Below are positions 43,835 through 55,800 of a stretch of DNA of 64,000 nt, piece by piece. Made by a program: the position numbers and the translations under genes. The notes beneath the pieces were generated by a model, which saw only the letters and a program-made list of their open reading frames with translations, did no database searches and had not been told where the DNA came from. The first letter of the stretch is position 1; each line of letters begins with the position of its first letter. The stretch is from a virus: IMG/VR virus record IMGVR_UViG_3300010370_000030, positions 1 to 64,000 of that record, one strand, 5' to 3'.

Positions 43835-45622
43835 ATGGCCAATACCAATATTGACTTGGTTGGTTTAGATTTTACAAGTCTAAAAAACAATCTAAAAACA
43901 TTCTTAAAGAATAACACGTCCTTCAAAGATCTGGATTACGAAGGATCTAATATCAATGTGCTGCTTGATGTGCTTGCCTACAACAGCTACTTGAATGCGT
44001 TTTATACGAACATGGTAGCGAGTGAGATGTTTTTAGATAGCGCACAATTACGTGATAGCATTGTTTCACATGCAAAAGAGTTAAATTATGTCCCACGGTC
44101 CTTTGTGTCAGCGAAAGCAACCATCGATGTAACGATTACCCCTTCAGGCAGTACATCATCGGTATTCATTCCTAGAAACACATCGTTTACGTCTCGAGTT
44201 GGCTCAAATACATTTACTTTTGTCACGAACGACTCATATGTTACAGCAGCCAATGGTGCTAGCTTTGTACAGAGGTTGGATTTATATGAAGGGTCTATCA
44301 AGACCGAGTCGTTTGTCATTAACTATTCAAATACATCGCAACGATTTGTACTCTCTAATCCTACAATAGACACGGCTTCCTTAGAGGTTGTGGTATATGA
44401 GGATAATGGACAGACAGCATTAGTGTATACGCGTGCAGCGACTCTCTTTAATCTAAGCGAAACGTCAAGAGTGTTCTTTATACAAGCTGCGCAAAATCAA
44501 CAGTATGAAATTATTTTTGGTGATGGAGTGTTTGGTCGTAAACCAAAGGATGGTTCAACATTTGTTGCCAAATACAGGGCCTGTTCGGGCGAGTTACCAA
44601 ACGGGGCACGCGTATTTGATGTAGATGGTCCAATCGATGGGCATAGTAATGTAGTAGTTACAACGGTTGATGAGGCCTCAGGAGGAGCAGTTGCTGAATC
44701 TATTGAATCGATAAGATTCAATGCGCCGCGCTCATTCCAAGCTCAGAATAGAGCCGTTACTGCAACTGATTATGAGACGTTACTCAAATCTCAATTTTCT
44801 GACATACAATCAATAAGTGTGTATGGTGGTGAAGACAGTGACCCACCTCAGTATGGAAAAGTATTTGTATCAGTCGACGTTGCACAGGCGGATGGTGCGC
44901 CCGAGTTGCGTAAAAAAGCATACTTTGATTTCATTAAAGATAAAACACCACTTAGTATGCAGGTGAATTTTATTGATCCGTTGTTTCTTTATGCTTCGGT
45001 TGAAACAACTGTTCAGTTTGATGTTAACATGACAACAAAGACAACAAACGACATTGAAACGCTGGTGAAAGCAGCGATTAGCAATTATAACATTACAAAG
45101 CTGTCTAGTTTTAAGAAAATTTTATACTACTCACAATTGGTCAATGCTATTGACAAAGCTGATCCAAGTATAGTTTCAAATGATACTGTTGTTAAAATGA
45201 TAGCACATGTTACACCATCAACGAACGTACCATACCCATTTAGTGTATCGATTAACAATCAAGTTGTTGCTGAAGAGGGAAAAAAGCTAGAGGTAGATGA
45301 AACTCATTATGGACATGGACTAACAAGTTCCTTTTTTACATATCAAGGTAGTAGATGTTCTCTTGTCGATGATTCGCTCGGAAATGTTCATATAGCTTTG
45401 CAAGAGGGCGAAACGATTCGCATCATTAAAAAAGTAGGAACAATTGATTACACCAAAGGCCGAGTCGTTGTTGAGGAGACGTTTGAAGTCAGTGCCTATG
45501 AAGGGAATTTTCTTGAGTTAATCTTTAAAACCGTTTCAAAAAATCTCGAAACAAAAAATAATGCCATTCTCAGTATTGACAATCTGGACGTTAACGTAAC
45601 AGCTGTTGGTGTCAAGCAATGA
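43835..45622 (+). CDS. 6: Baseplate wedge gp6
   Basis: LDF..LK..LK...DYEGSN...LAYN...E.FLDSA...QNRAVT..DY. Confidence 0.93.
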   Translation: MANTNIDLVGLDFTSLKNNLKTFLKNNTSFKDLDYEGSNINVLLDVLAYNSYLNAFYTNMVASEMFLDSAQLRDSIVSHAKELNYVPRSFVSAKATIDVTITPSGSTSSVFIPRNTSFTSRVGSNTFTFVTNDSYVTAANGASFVQRLDLYEGSIKTESFVINYSNTSQRFVLSNPTIDTASLEVVVYEDNGQTALVYTRAATLFNLSETSRVFFIQAAQNQQYEIIFGDGVFGRKPKDGSTFVAKYRACSGELPNGARVFDVDGPIDGHSNVVVTTVDEASGGAVAESIESIRFNAPRSFQAQNRAVTATDYETLLKSQFSDIQSISVYGGEDSDPPQYGKVFVSVDVAQADGAPELRKKAYFDFIKDKTPLSMQVNFIDPLFLYASVETTVQFDVNMTTKTTNDIETLVKAAISNYNITKLSSFKKILYYSQLVNAIDKADPSIVSNDTVVKMIAHVTPSTNVPYPFSVSINNQVVAEEGKKLEVDETHYGHGLTSSFFTYQGSRCSLVDDSLGNVHIALQEGETIRIIKKVGTIDYTKGRVVVEETFEVSAYEGNFLELIFKTVSKNLETKNNAILSIDNLDVNVTAVGVKQ

Positions 45623-48600
45623 GACAGATTGAAGAGTTAATATTCCCGCTTGTTAAAGCTCAATTCCCCGATTTCTATCAGGACGAAGGTCCTCGCTTTG
45701 TTTCTTTTGTTAAAGAATATTACAGGTGGATGGAGACTGAGGGGGAAGCATTAAACGCTTCGCGTAACTTACTTGATTACCGAAATATCGATAGCACGTC
45801 AAGTGATTTTATAAAATATTTCAAGAACAAATACCTGTCTGGTGTGCCTCTTTCAACAGAAGCAAACACACAACTTGTTATTAAACACGCTCTTGATATC
45901 TATAAATCCAAGGGAACAGAACGTGGTGTGCAGCTATTGATTCAAGGGCTTTTTAATGAAGAATCAAGAGTTGTTTTTCCCGGTCAGGATATTTTCAAAA
46001 CATCTGACGGCGTATGGATTAAGCCAACGTATCTTGAATTGACGGTTAAAGAAAGAACACAAAGTTTTGTTGGTCAAGAAATCGTAGGTTCGCGGAGTGG
46101 TGCTAAGGCATTTTTAGAAAGTCTCGTAACCAAACGACTTTCGGGCAAGTATCAACAAGTTGCTTATCTGAGTAGTGTCAGGGGTAATTTTGAAACCGGC
46201 GAGCTCATAACGACGTCGTCAAACACATCTTTTGAAAACGCGCCGACTGTAATAGGGTCAATGACTTCGCTTACAGTGGCCGATGGCGGTGCTAATTTTG
46301 CCGTTGGGGATATTTTTGAAGTAACATCCACAAACGGTAAGCAAGGCAAAGCACGTGTAACCGAGGTTTCAAATGAAACCGGACGTGTCACTTTCATATA
46401 TGTCGATGCATTTACAAGTGGTGGTTGGGGATATAGCATTGACCATGCAAACGTTATCGTATCGGATAAAGTCCTAACTCTCACAAACATTGTTAACGCC
46501 AATGGGTTAATTACTGACTTCAGTCAATTTGAAACTGTTACACAACCTCTAGCTAATATTGGATATAGTACCGCAAGAGGGAACAATTATTATTTTAATG
46601 TCGGTAACATTATAGAGAACTATAATTCTAATGGTGATGTTGTTGCTAACGCTGTTATAGCGGTTACGAGCAAAACAACAAACACTGTTGGATGGATTAT
46701 AGTGGTACCTAATGTTGGTAACATAGCATCCCAAGACACAACCTTTGCTGTACGTTCACAAGATCCTGATGAATCATCATTCAATCCGTCGTCGATCGGA
46801 TTTGCTGAAAATACGTACACGTCTGTTTACAGCAAGACATACTCGAATTTGTTTACAGGTAACTTTTCTCGGTTATTCACTGCCACATATACGTCAGGAT
46901 ATGTGGGTGTATATGGTAGCACATACAGTTCTGTTTACACACAAGAATATTCCAGTACGTACAGTAGAGTATTTACTTCAGATTCTTATTCAGGTAATTT
47001 CGTTGGTGCTTTCACTAGCGGCGTCTACACGGGTACATATAGTCGAGTATTTACAACAGCTGGAGAAACAGGCTTTACTGGATCGTATTTACAGTACTTC
47101 ATTGTCACCTCACCCTACACAGGCTCTGCATATACATCGGCATTTACGGGTACATATACATCAGCAGGGTTCACAGGAGTATATAACCGTGTTTATACAG
47201 GCGACTATAATACAGTATTTTCAAGCGCCTATACGGGTACGTTAGTACCAGGGGTTTATACAGGATCGTATGCTGGCTCCTATCTTGGAACATATGAAGG
47301 ATCTTTCTCTGGCTCACGACCAAATCCGTTTGCTGGTGGAACATATGGTGGTTCGTATGTGGGACAATTTACTCGTGTATTTGTTGGATCGTATCAGGGC
47401 GTATATCAATCGTCTTATCAAAATCCATACAGCGGTGCAACATTCGCAATAGGAGTTAACTCCTATAATGTACCCAGTTATATTGGTAATTTTACAAAAG
47501 CATACACAGGTGGATATATTGCATACCCTGTTTATACGGGTCTGAAAGCACTACCATATGGAGGTGTACCAGGAGTTACACAAAGTTATATAGGTGCTGG
47601 TTACACAGGATCTTATCTAGAATCATTCACGGCTAATTACAGTGGTGCATATGGTGGTGATTCATTTTCAAGAATTTTTACAGGATCATATCAGCTCGGT
47701 TCATTCACAGGAAACTTCACATCTCAGTTTACTGGTAATTTTACTGGTTTGTACGGAGCAGCATACACGGGCACCTACAGTGATGTGTTCACAAACGAGT
47801 ATGTGGGCAGTTTTTCACAAACATTCCAGGGCAACTTTACAACAATCTATACAAAAAATTACACAGGATTGTATAATGTCTTTTCCGGTGCCTACACGAG
47901 CACGTACTCACAAGCATTTACTGCATTTACAGGGCAATATACAGGATTTACAGGGAATTACAGCTTAGCTTTCAGTGGTAACTATAATGCTTTCTCTGGG
48001 CAATACCTTACTTTTTCATTGTCGTTTGGTGGATACAGTTCAGCTTTTAGCGGCGTATATAACAATTCATTCACCAGCGGGTATGGTGGGTATACTGGCA
48101 TCTTTACAAGAACTTACACCAGCACCCAAGGAACAGCAAACGGTGTTATAGCTCAGTATTTTAGCAAAGCATATACAGGGTTATATGCGGGATCGGATTA
48201 TACAAGCGCCTTTAATGGTTACACGAGAACATTTACAGTAACGCTTGATGGTGCGTTTACGAGTTCATATAGTGGCCAATTTACAGGCGCTTACGTAGGA
48301 TACACAGGAACGTATCTAGCTCGAACATACACGGGCGTTTATGGTGCTTACAGTGGTGTATATCAAGATTCGCTGTTTACAGGTAATTATGGTTTCTTCA
48401 CAGGTGCTTTTGGATCAGCCTACACAGGTCTCTTTGTAGGAGGTGGTAGTGCTCGAATAAACACATTAACAGCACATGAATTTAGTAACAACGATCTAGT
48501 ACGCTATCATGTTATGCCCGGTAACACATACATTCCTGAGTTGTCGATAGGAGCAGCATATTATGTTGTGAATGCGGTATCGGGATCAACGAGTTTGTGT

Positions 48601-51063
48601 TTATCTCATACGCCTAGTGGCACACCTATAGCCCTTACGATTGGATCAAATGAAACAGGTCACAAACTAATTCGTACGTTAGGCACAGCTGTAATCACCT
48701 CATATGGGGATCGAACAGCTACAGGTAATGTCAGTGGATCGAATACAACATCACTTATATACTCTTTCAACGCGCAGACATCCGTATCAAGCGCTGGCGA
48801 CACAATAACAATACCGAGCCATCAGCTTGAAAATAATTACGTCATTTCTTACAGCGTTAATGCAGGTAACACACAGCTTGATGGACTGATTAATAACACA
48901 AAGTACTACGTTGTTAACACAACAGCATCCACTATCCAACTATCTGCTACCAGAGGTGGATCGCCTCTAGGTATATCAGCGAGTAATAGAAGCGAAAATG
49001 GGCATTTCATAACACACACGACTGGATATGTTGGTGTTGTAGATATATCTGTGAATGGATTCGTTGCATCGGCCCAAACCTACATTCGCGGGTCGACGAG
49101 TAACACAACAGCCTCAGTAGCGAACGTTAGTACAGGATCAGGAGCTGGTTTTAGTATCGGCCTTTTGACGGATACAGAGAATGTTCTACTATCACCTGAC
49201 TTTATTAATGGGAAAAATACAGGTAATGTGAAGTTTAGCGAAATAAAACTTAACGGTATTGGTTCCAATGTTACCGCTGGTGGATATGGAACGGCAGCTA
49301 CATTTAATGGTAATACTGATATTACAGAAGGAGCAAATGGTACTGGTGTCCTGCTGCCATCACGTATTGAGTTTAATGCTTTGTCAGGTGTTAACAACAC
49401 AACAAATATTATTACCATCAGCTCACCAGCTAAGCACATCTTTAGTAACAACGAGCAGGTAAAATATCTTGTTACACCAGGTAACACAGCTGTTACAGGT
49501 TTAGCAAACAACACCAACTATTATGTTGTTAATGCAGTCGCAGGATCGACAACATTACAGCTATCGCTTACTTCTGGTGGTTCACCAATTGATATAACAG
49601 CTACCGCCAATGAGGTTGGGCACTCGCTTACACGACAAGCCACGACCGGATCAAACAACAGTATAGCCTTAAGCACAGCAGTTAATTATTTACCAAATAG
49701 TGCTGTGCATTATAGTCTAAGTGCTGCGAACACGTCTATTAATGGTCTTACACCCAACACCGTGTATTATGTTGATCAGTCAAACGCTACGCATATAACG
49801 TTAAAAGATTCACCGACAGGTCTACGTATCAATATCCTTAAAGGACCAACCGAATCGGGGCATACGTTATTTGGTCCTCTGAGAATAATCACTGGTGCAA
49901 ATTCAACATATGATAACGTTGGTTCAGGCGAAGAAATATTCCGTGGTCTTGGTTTTATTAAATTCCCTGGAACGAATCTCGATACAATTCTCCTTGACGC
50001 TCTTCGTTTTGACAGTACCACTATAGGATCTATAGCTTCACTAGTTTCTATTAACCCAGGATCTGATTACAATGTTGATCCGTTTGTAACCGTTGTTGAT
50101 ACGTATGTTGTTGGATATGACAACCGTGATTATGTCATGCAAATTAACACTACAGTTGGTGCATTTGTTGTTGGTGAGCAGATACAACAATCATATAGCA
50201 ATGTAGCAACACAACTAACCGTTACAGGATTCACAGGTACGGCTGCGAACGGTGTTGGAACTTCGACATTTATCATAAATGAGTTTGTTTATCAAAGCAA
50301 TTCAACAGCAAACGTAGCAGCATCTGGATATGTAGTTGAAGCTGCGATAAGTGCTGGCGCTGGAACATTAAAAGTTAAAAATGTAACCGGTACGTTTGTT
50401 AATAATGCGCCGTCTTACCCTCTAAAAGGATTATCGTCAGGATCAACATCTAATGTTACACTAGTAACGGCAACAACACTTGCCACTACTGCTAGAGCAC
50501 TTGTTAAATCAGCGAACTCATCAGTACTTAAATTAAAGCGTATCAATTTAGAAAACACCTTCCTCGATGGTAATCCAATTATAGGTCGTTCGTCTGGTGC
50601 AACAGCAAATGTTGTTGGTGTTGTTGAGGATGCAAACGCTGTACCAGTTGGTTTAAATGCATCAATAGAAGCCAATGTTCAAACAGCTAACAATGTTGTG
50701 AAAAAACTTGCTGTTGCTGATTCGGGTTTTGGATATCTTGATCGTGAACCAGTTACTTTGACGATGTCCAACTCCGCGTTCAGCGTGACTGCTGTTGTTG
50801 AGCTTGGTAAACAAGGCGTTGGCCAAGGATATTATGGTTCGACGAGAGGATTTTTAAGTAATGATAAGAAACTGCAGGATAGCGAATTTTATCAAGAGTA
50901 CAGTTATGAAGTACAAACAAAGGTACCGTTTGATAGATATTTCGATGTCTTGAAAAGAGTTACACACGTAGCTGGGACAAGAGCATTTGGTAGAGTTATT
51001 TCTCTTTCGCTGGCAAACTTAGAAATGACTGCTATAAATACTATCGAAACCTCGAACACGTAA
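45619..51063 (+). CDS. gp7-like baseplate wedge initiator with large repeat insertions
   Basis: N-terminus QFP.FY...Y..KGT; C-terminus LQDSEFYQEYSY...H.AG...FG; located between 6 and 8. Confidence 0.8.
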   Translation: MRQIEELIFPLVKAQFPDFYQDEGPRFVSFVKEYYRWMETEGEALNASRNLLDYRNIDSTSSDFIKYFKNKYLSGVPLSTEANTQLVIKHALDIYKSKGTERGVQLLIQGLFNEESRVVFPGQDIFKTSDGVWIKPTYLELTVKERTQSFVGQEIVGSRSGAKAFLESLVTKRLSGKYQQVAYLSSVRGNFETGELITTSSNTSFENAPTVIGSMTSLTVADGGANFAVGDIFEVTSTNGKQGKARVTEVSNETGRVTFIYVDAFTSGGWGYSIDHANVIVSDKVLTLTNIVNANGLITDFSQFETVTQPLANIGYSTARGNNYYFNVGNIIENYNSNGDVVANAVIAVTSKTTNTVGWIIVVPNVGNIASQDTTFAVRSQDPDESSFNPSSIGFAENTYTSVYSKTYSNLFTGNFSRLFTATYTSGYVGVYGSTYSSVYTQEYSSTYSRVFTSDSYSGNFVGAFTSGVYTGTYSRVFTTAGETGFTGSYLQYFIVTSPYTGSAYTSAFTGTYTSAGFTGVYNRVYTGDYNTVFSSAYTGTLVPGVYTGSYAGSYLGTYEGSFSGSRPNPFAGGTYGGSYVGQFTRVFVGSYQGVYQSSYQNPYSGATFAIGVNSYNVPSYIGNFTKAYTGGYIAYPVYTGLKALPYGGVPGVTQSYIGAGYTGSYLESFTANYSGAYGGDSFSRIFTGSYQLGSFTGNFTSQFTGNFTGLYGAAYTGTYSDVFTNEYVGSFSQTFQGNFTTIYTKNYTGLYNVFSGAYTSTYSQAFTAFTGQYTGFTGNYSLAFSGNYNAFSGQYLTFSLSFGGYSSAFSGVYNNSFTSGYGGYTGIFTRTYTSTQGTANGVIAQYFSKAYTGLYAGSDYTSAFNGYTRTFTVTLDGAFTSSYSGQFTGAYVGYTGTYLARTYTGVYGAYSGVYQDSLFTGNYGFFTGAFGSAYTGLFVGGGSARINTLTAHEFSNNDLVRYHVMPGNTYIPELSIGAAYYVVNAVSGSTSLCLSHTPSGTPIALTIGSNETGHKLIRTLGTAVITSYGDRTATGNVSGSNTTSLIYSFNAQTSVSSAGDTITIPSHQLENNYVISYSVNAGNTQLDGLINNTKYYVVNTTASTIQLSATRGGSPLGISASNRSENGHFITHTTGYVGVVDISVNGFVASAQTYIRGSTSNTTASVANVSTGSGAGFSIGLLTDTENVLLSPDFINGKNTGNVKFSEIKLNGIGSNVTAGGYGTAATFNGNTDITEGANGTGVLLPSRIEFNALSGVNNTTNIITISSPAKHIFSNNEQVKYLVTPGNTAVTGLANNTNYYVVNAVAGSTTLQLSLTSGGSPIDITATANEVGHSLTRQATTGSNNSIALSTAVNYLPNSAVHYSLSAANTSINGLTPNTVYYVDQSNATHITLKDSPTGLRINILKGPTESGHTLFGPLRIITGANSTYDNVGSGEEIFRGLGFIKFPGTNLDTILLDALRFDSTTIGSIASLVSINPGSDYNVDPFVTVVDTYVVGYDNRDYVMQINTTVGAFVVGEQIQQSYSNVATQLTVTGFTGTAANGVGTSTFIINEFVYQSNSTANVAASGYVVEAAISAGAGTLKVKNVTGTFVNNAPSYPLKGLSSGSTSNVTLVTATTLATTARALVKSANSSVLKLKRINLENTFLDGNPIIGRSSGATANVVGVVEDANAVPVGLNASIEANVQTANNVVKKLAVADSGFGYLDREPVTLTMSNSAFSVTAVVELGKQGVGQGYYGSTRGFLSNDKKLQDSEFYQEYSYEVQTKVPFDRYFDVLKRVTHVAGTRAFGRVISLSLANLEMTAINTIETSNT
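46813..48441 (+). repeat. Period-4 aromatic repeat ([YF]-[TS]-G-x)n, about 540 aa, within the gp7-like gene
   Basis: e.g. YTGSAYTSAFTGTYTSAGFTGVY. Confidence 0.85.
51033..51040 (+). promoter_or_regulatory. T4-type late promoter TATAAATA
   Basis: Exact consensus 31 nt upstream of gene 8. Confidence 0.7.
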
Positions 51064-51071
51064 CAATAAAG

Positions 51072-52835
51072 ATGACAACACAACTTATCACCAATTATTT
51101 TCGTCTCCATAATGTTAATCAATTTAAAGAGTCGATAAACGAAACAGCAAACAGCGTATACTATGTGTTTGCGGCTCGACATACACCATACGCAAGTGGA
51201 GATGGTACTGTTGCTAGCATTACCAATAGCGTCGAAGAAACGATGACCAATCCTTATGAAGAAATGGTCTTTGGCAAAAGAGTCTCTGCAAATGATGTCG
51301 CTGTAATGATACCTAGGTATGTGTGGACATCCAATACACAGTATTCTGCATACCGAAGTAATGAAGATCTCAACGATAAACAGTTCTTTGTATATGTCGA
51401 TGAAGGGTCCTCATATAGTGTGTTCAAATGTTTGGACAACAACGGTAATGCCTACTCGACATATGCGCCTTCTATTAGTGAAACTTCGCCCGATGATGAG
51501 TACTATGCAACGAACGATGGGTATCAGTGGAAGTTCATGTATTCAATTACTCCTACACAGTTTGACAAATTTGCAACTTCAGATTTGATACCTGTATTTG
51601 CAAACACCCAAGTTGTAGGCAATGCAGTCTCTGGTGCTATTGAAGTTATAGGTGTTACTTTCAAAGGATCCAATTACAACACAACGTTGAGTGGTATATT
51701 TGAGTCGGACGATGTTCGTATTGGTGGTGACTCCACGCTTTATTACATAGCTAACAGTGCATCATCAGCAAATAATTTTTATACAGGCAGTTATATTTAC
51801 TTAACTGCTGGTACAGGAGCTGGACAAGGTCGACGCATAGTCGATTACTCCGTCATTGGTGGTTCAAAAACCATTACATTAAGTGAACCGTTTACAGTTA
51901 ACCCTGTCGGTGGTACTGAGTATGAAATTACTCCAGCTGTTGTTATAGAAGGGGATGGAAATGACGCTGAAGCTCGAGCTATTGTTAACACAACTTCTTC
52001 CAATTCAATATCACGAGTAGAAATTATCAACCGGGGTAGTGGTTATACATGGGCTTCAGCAACTGTCACAGGTAATACAGGGGGCATATCGAATAATGCA
52101 ACTCTCCGTGTTGATAGGGGACCTAAAGGTGGTCATGGTTCAAATCCTGAATACGAACTTATAGGTACGGCTTTAGGAGTAAGTGTTACGTTTGCCAACA
52201 ATGAAGTCGGTACAATACCGACAGAAAATGATTATAGAACTTTTGGTTTAATAAAAGATCCATTATATGCAAACGTTGTCTGTACGCTTACGTCACCAAA
52301 TGGTTCTTTCACGGTCGGTGAGCTCGTAACACAAAATGTTTCGAATGCGTCTGGCTATGTTACAGAGTGGGATACTATTAGTACTTTGTCCTTGACGAAT
52401 GTTAGCGGGGTTTTCGTTACTTCGCAAGTTGTAACTGGTGCTACTTCGGATGCTGAAGGCACAGTAAGTACGTATCAAATAAACGGACAAGCAAAGAATT
52501 TCAATACATTCGATCAGCGTTATCGTTATACCTTTCTACCAATCAGCGGTACCTTTCAACAAGATGAAGTTGTATATCAAACAGATCTACAACTTGCAAA
52601 TGCCATTTTCCACAGCAACACGTCAACAAATCTATATGTAACACACGTCAAAGGTGTGCTAAATACAGGTAACACTTTGATAGGGATCAATTCAACAGCA
52701 ACGGCAAACTTACTATTTGCTTATGCGCCTGATCTAGTTAAACATTCTGGTGAAGTAGTGTATGTAGAAAATGAGACACCAATCACGCGATCCAATTCTC
52801 AATCAGAAACCATCAAGCTAATTTTGCAGTTTTGA
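51072..52835 (+). CDS. 8: Baseplate wedge gp8-like
   Basis: IPRY.W...VFKCLDN...DGYQWKFMY...PKGGHG...YRTFGLIKDP...SGEVVY.EN..PI.R..Q.E.IK. Confidence 0.85.
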   Translation: MTTQLITNYFRLHNVNQFKESINETANSVYYVFAARHTPYASGDGTVASITNSVEETMTNPYEEMVFGKRVSANDVAVMIPRYVWTSNTQYSAYRSNEDLNDKQFFVYVDEGSSYSVFKCLDNNGNAYSTYAPSISETSPDDEYYATNDGYQWKFMYSITPTQFDKFATSDLIPVFANTQVVGNAVSGAIEVIGVTFKGSNYNTTLSGIFESDDVRIGGDSTLYYIANSASSANNFYTGSYIYLTAGTGAGQGRRIVDYSVIGGSKTITLSEPFTVNPVGGTEYEITPAVVIEGDGNDAEARAIVNTTSSNSISRVEIINRGSGYTWASATVTGNTGGISNNATLRVDRGPKGGHGSNPEYELIGTALGVSVTFANNEVGTIPTENDYRTFGLIKDPLYANVVCTLTSPNGSFTVGELVTQNVSNASGYVTEWDTISTLSLTNVSGVFVTSQVVTGATSDAEGTVSTYQINGQAKNFNTFDQRYRYTFLPISGTFQQDEVVYQTDLQLANAIFHSNTSTNLYVTHVKGVLNTGNTLIGINSTATANLLFAYAPDLVKHSGEVVYVENETPITRSNSQSETIKLILQF

Positions 52836-52845
52836 GAGATAACAC

Positions 52846-55800
52846 ATGCCATTAGAAAAATCCCTTAATGTAAGTCCTTATTACGATGATTTTAATGAAG
52901 AGAAGGACTTTTACAGAATATTATTCAAGCCTGGTGTTGCTGTTCAGACTCGAGAACTGAATCAACTTCAAGCGCTTTTACAAAATCAAGTTGAACGTTT
53001 TGGTAGTCACGTATTTAAATCTGGCACGATATTAAGTGGCGTAAATTTTAATTATCTAACAGCATACCCTTATGCAAAGATACTAGATGTGCAAACGGAT
53101 GGTCAGCCTTCATTACCAGCAGGATATGTTAACTATTTTGTTAAGTCAAGTTTAAATCTAACAGCACGTGTTGTTGATTACAAAGATGGTCTAGAAGCAA
53201 GCAATCCTGATCTTAAAACAATCTATCTTAGATACACGAATAGTTCAGATCCAGATCCCGCCGCTTCAAGTATCATATACTCAGCATTTCAACCTAATGA
53301 ACAGCTAACTGTTTTTGGTGAGGATTATCCATTATTCAAAATTAATGTTATTAGTGGTGGTGTTGGTTTTTCTAACTCGGATACAATTGTAGTTCAAAGT
53401 GCTCTACAACTAGCTAACGTGACGGGAACGTTCACAAATGGTGAAGTCATTACACAATCGACGACGCTTGCTAAAGGTGTTATTAAGGCAATAAACACAA
53501 CAGCCATAGCATGCACGACTATTCTTAGTATCGCACCTCTCACGGCTGATTTAACCAATACTAGCGTTAATTCGGCGGCATGGACCTTCACAGCACCATA
53601 TACCGTGGTCGGAAACACTTCAGGTGCAACTGCTAATGTATCTGGCTTAATAGGTTCGGGTGCTACAGCTCTAATGACCACGGATACAAGTGGTATCATT
53701 CAATCTATATCACTAAGTAACGTAGGTGAAGATTATACCTACTTACCTTGGGTGACAGTAAAGACTTCTAATACCACTGCTACCGTTGCAAGTTTGGATC
53801 TTGTCGCGCAAAATTACAAGGCCAAAATTACTGTAGCAAACACTACTGTAAACGCTGTTGGCACAGGATATGCATTTGGTGTATCAGAAGGTATTATCTA
53901 CCAAAAAGGACACTTTCTTCGAGTTGAAAAACAGTCTATTATTATAGACAAGTACACAACAACACCAAACAACATTGTTGTTGGTTTTAAGACTACTGAA
54001 GAATATGTTGATAGTAATGAGGACGAAACACTTCTCGATAACGCATCGGGAGCGCCTAACTATACGGCACCGGGGGCAGATAGACTGCTGTTGACACCGG
54101 TTCTGACAACCTTGACGTCGGAACAAGCTGCAGCAAATATTGACTTTTTTGCTTTAGCAGAGTGGAAATCGGGTCTACCATTTAAAGAGAACCGTACAAC
54201 AGTATACACAACAATAGGCGATGAACTAGCTCGTAGGACGTATGAAACGCATGGTAATTACATCATAGATCGTTTCAACGTCACAACAAAAGAAAAGGCA
54301 ACAACAAACACGACACATTTTGATGTTGTTGTTGATCCAGGTACAGCCTATATTGAAGGGTACAGAATAGCGACGAAATACAACAACTATATCAATGTTG
54401 CTCGCTCTTCAACAACAACGGACTTATCATCTCAATCTATAACAGTTAATTATGGCAATTACACAATTGTAAAAGAGCTTGTTGGGGTTTTTAACTTTAA
54501 GGCTGGAGCATCTGTTTCATTATACGATACAGCAAAACAGCTAATAACCAATAGCACGAATACCACGTTGACTGTTACAAATGGAACAATTACGCCAGCT
54601 GGTAATTCTATAGGAACAGCAAGACTTCGTTCCTTGGTTCTTGATACAGGCGATCCTGGAACAGCCGAAGCAACGTATAGGATGTATCTCTTTGATATTG
54701 ACATGGACTCGGGATATTCATTCCGTGACGTCAAGAGCATTTATTCTAACGATGGACAAGACGGTATTGCAGATGTAGTACGAGTTCAGGATGCTACAAT
54801 CAATGCGAACGTTGCACAGCTGTATGATGTTTCACGAAATCAATTAGTGTTTCCAATTGAAGCCGGGGCTGTTGAGTCATTAGAAAACATTTCGTACATT
54901 TATAGAACTGTTTCAGACAACGATCGGCTAGTAACAACATCAGGCACAGTACAAATAGGACCACTGAACGCGGGATTCACATTTCCATACAGCGGAACGC
55001 TATCAGCAACACAAGAAAAAGATTTTGTTGTGATACCAACAGAGCCTTTTCAAGCCGCTGCGAATATTACAGGCACAAGCATAAGTGTGTATGCAAACGG
55101 GTTGATCGAAGGAACAGGTACTACATTCATAGCCGATCTTGCACCAGGTGATTTTATCAAGTGTGCCAATTCAACAGCTGCTGCTTATTTTCAGATTAAA
55201 TCAATTGCAAACAACACTCAAGCGCAGCTAACAACAGCAGCAACAGCAATGACTGCTGGTAATACATACCTATATTTCCCTGCGCTATATCCTATATCAC
55301 TATCACGTACATCACGAAGTATTAGTATCAATGGTGGCGCCAACACTGCGACGATTAGTCTAGGCGTTTCAGCAAACGTTGAAGCAAATGCGATCGTCGT
55401 CTATAACGTAAAGAGAACAAACGTTTCACCGGTGTCAAAAACGATTAATCGTGACGTGCTTGTTAAAATTCATACAGCAAATAATGATGGTAGTAATACA
55501 GGACCGTGGTCATTAGGATTACCAGGTGTTGTTCGTCTAAAAAATGTATACCTTGGTAACTCAACCAATGTAGGAACAACAACTAATACGACAGTATCTG
55601 ATGTTACAAAATATTTTGTTATAGATCCTGTTGAAGATGAGAACGCTTATAGATTGTCTCAGCTTAAATTAAAAAACGTACCCTCTACGCTAGCTGTCAA
55701 CACAAATCAGTTCATACTTGCGAAAGTTGATGTATTGACGCAGGCGTCTCGAGGTCTTGTTGCTATCGGTTCTTACGATATAGATGATACAGCTAACCTT

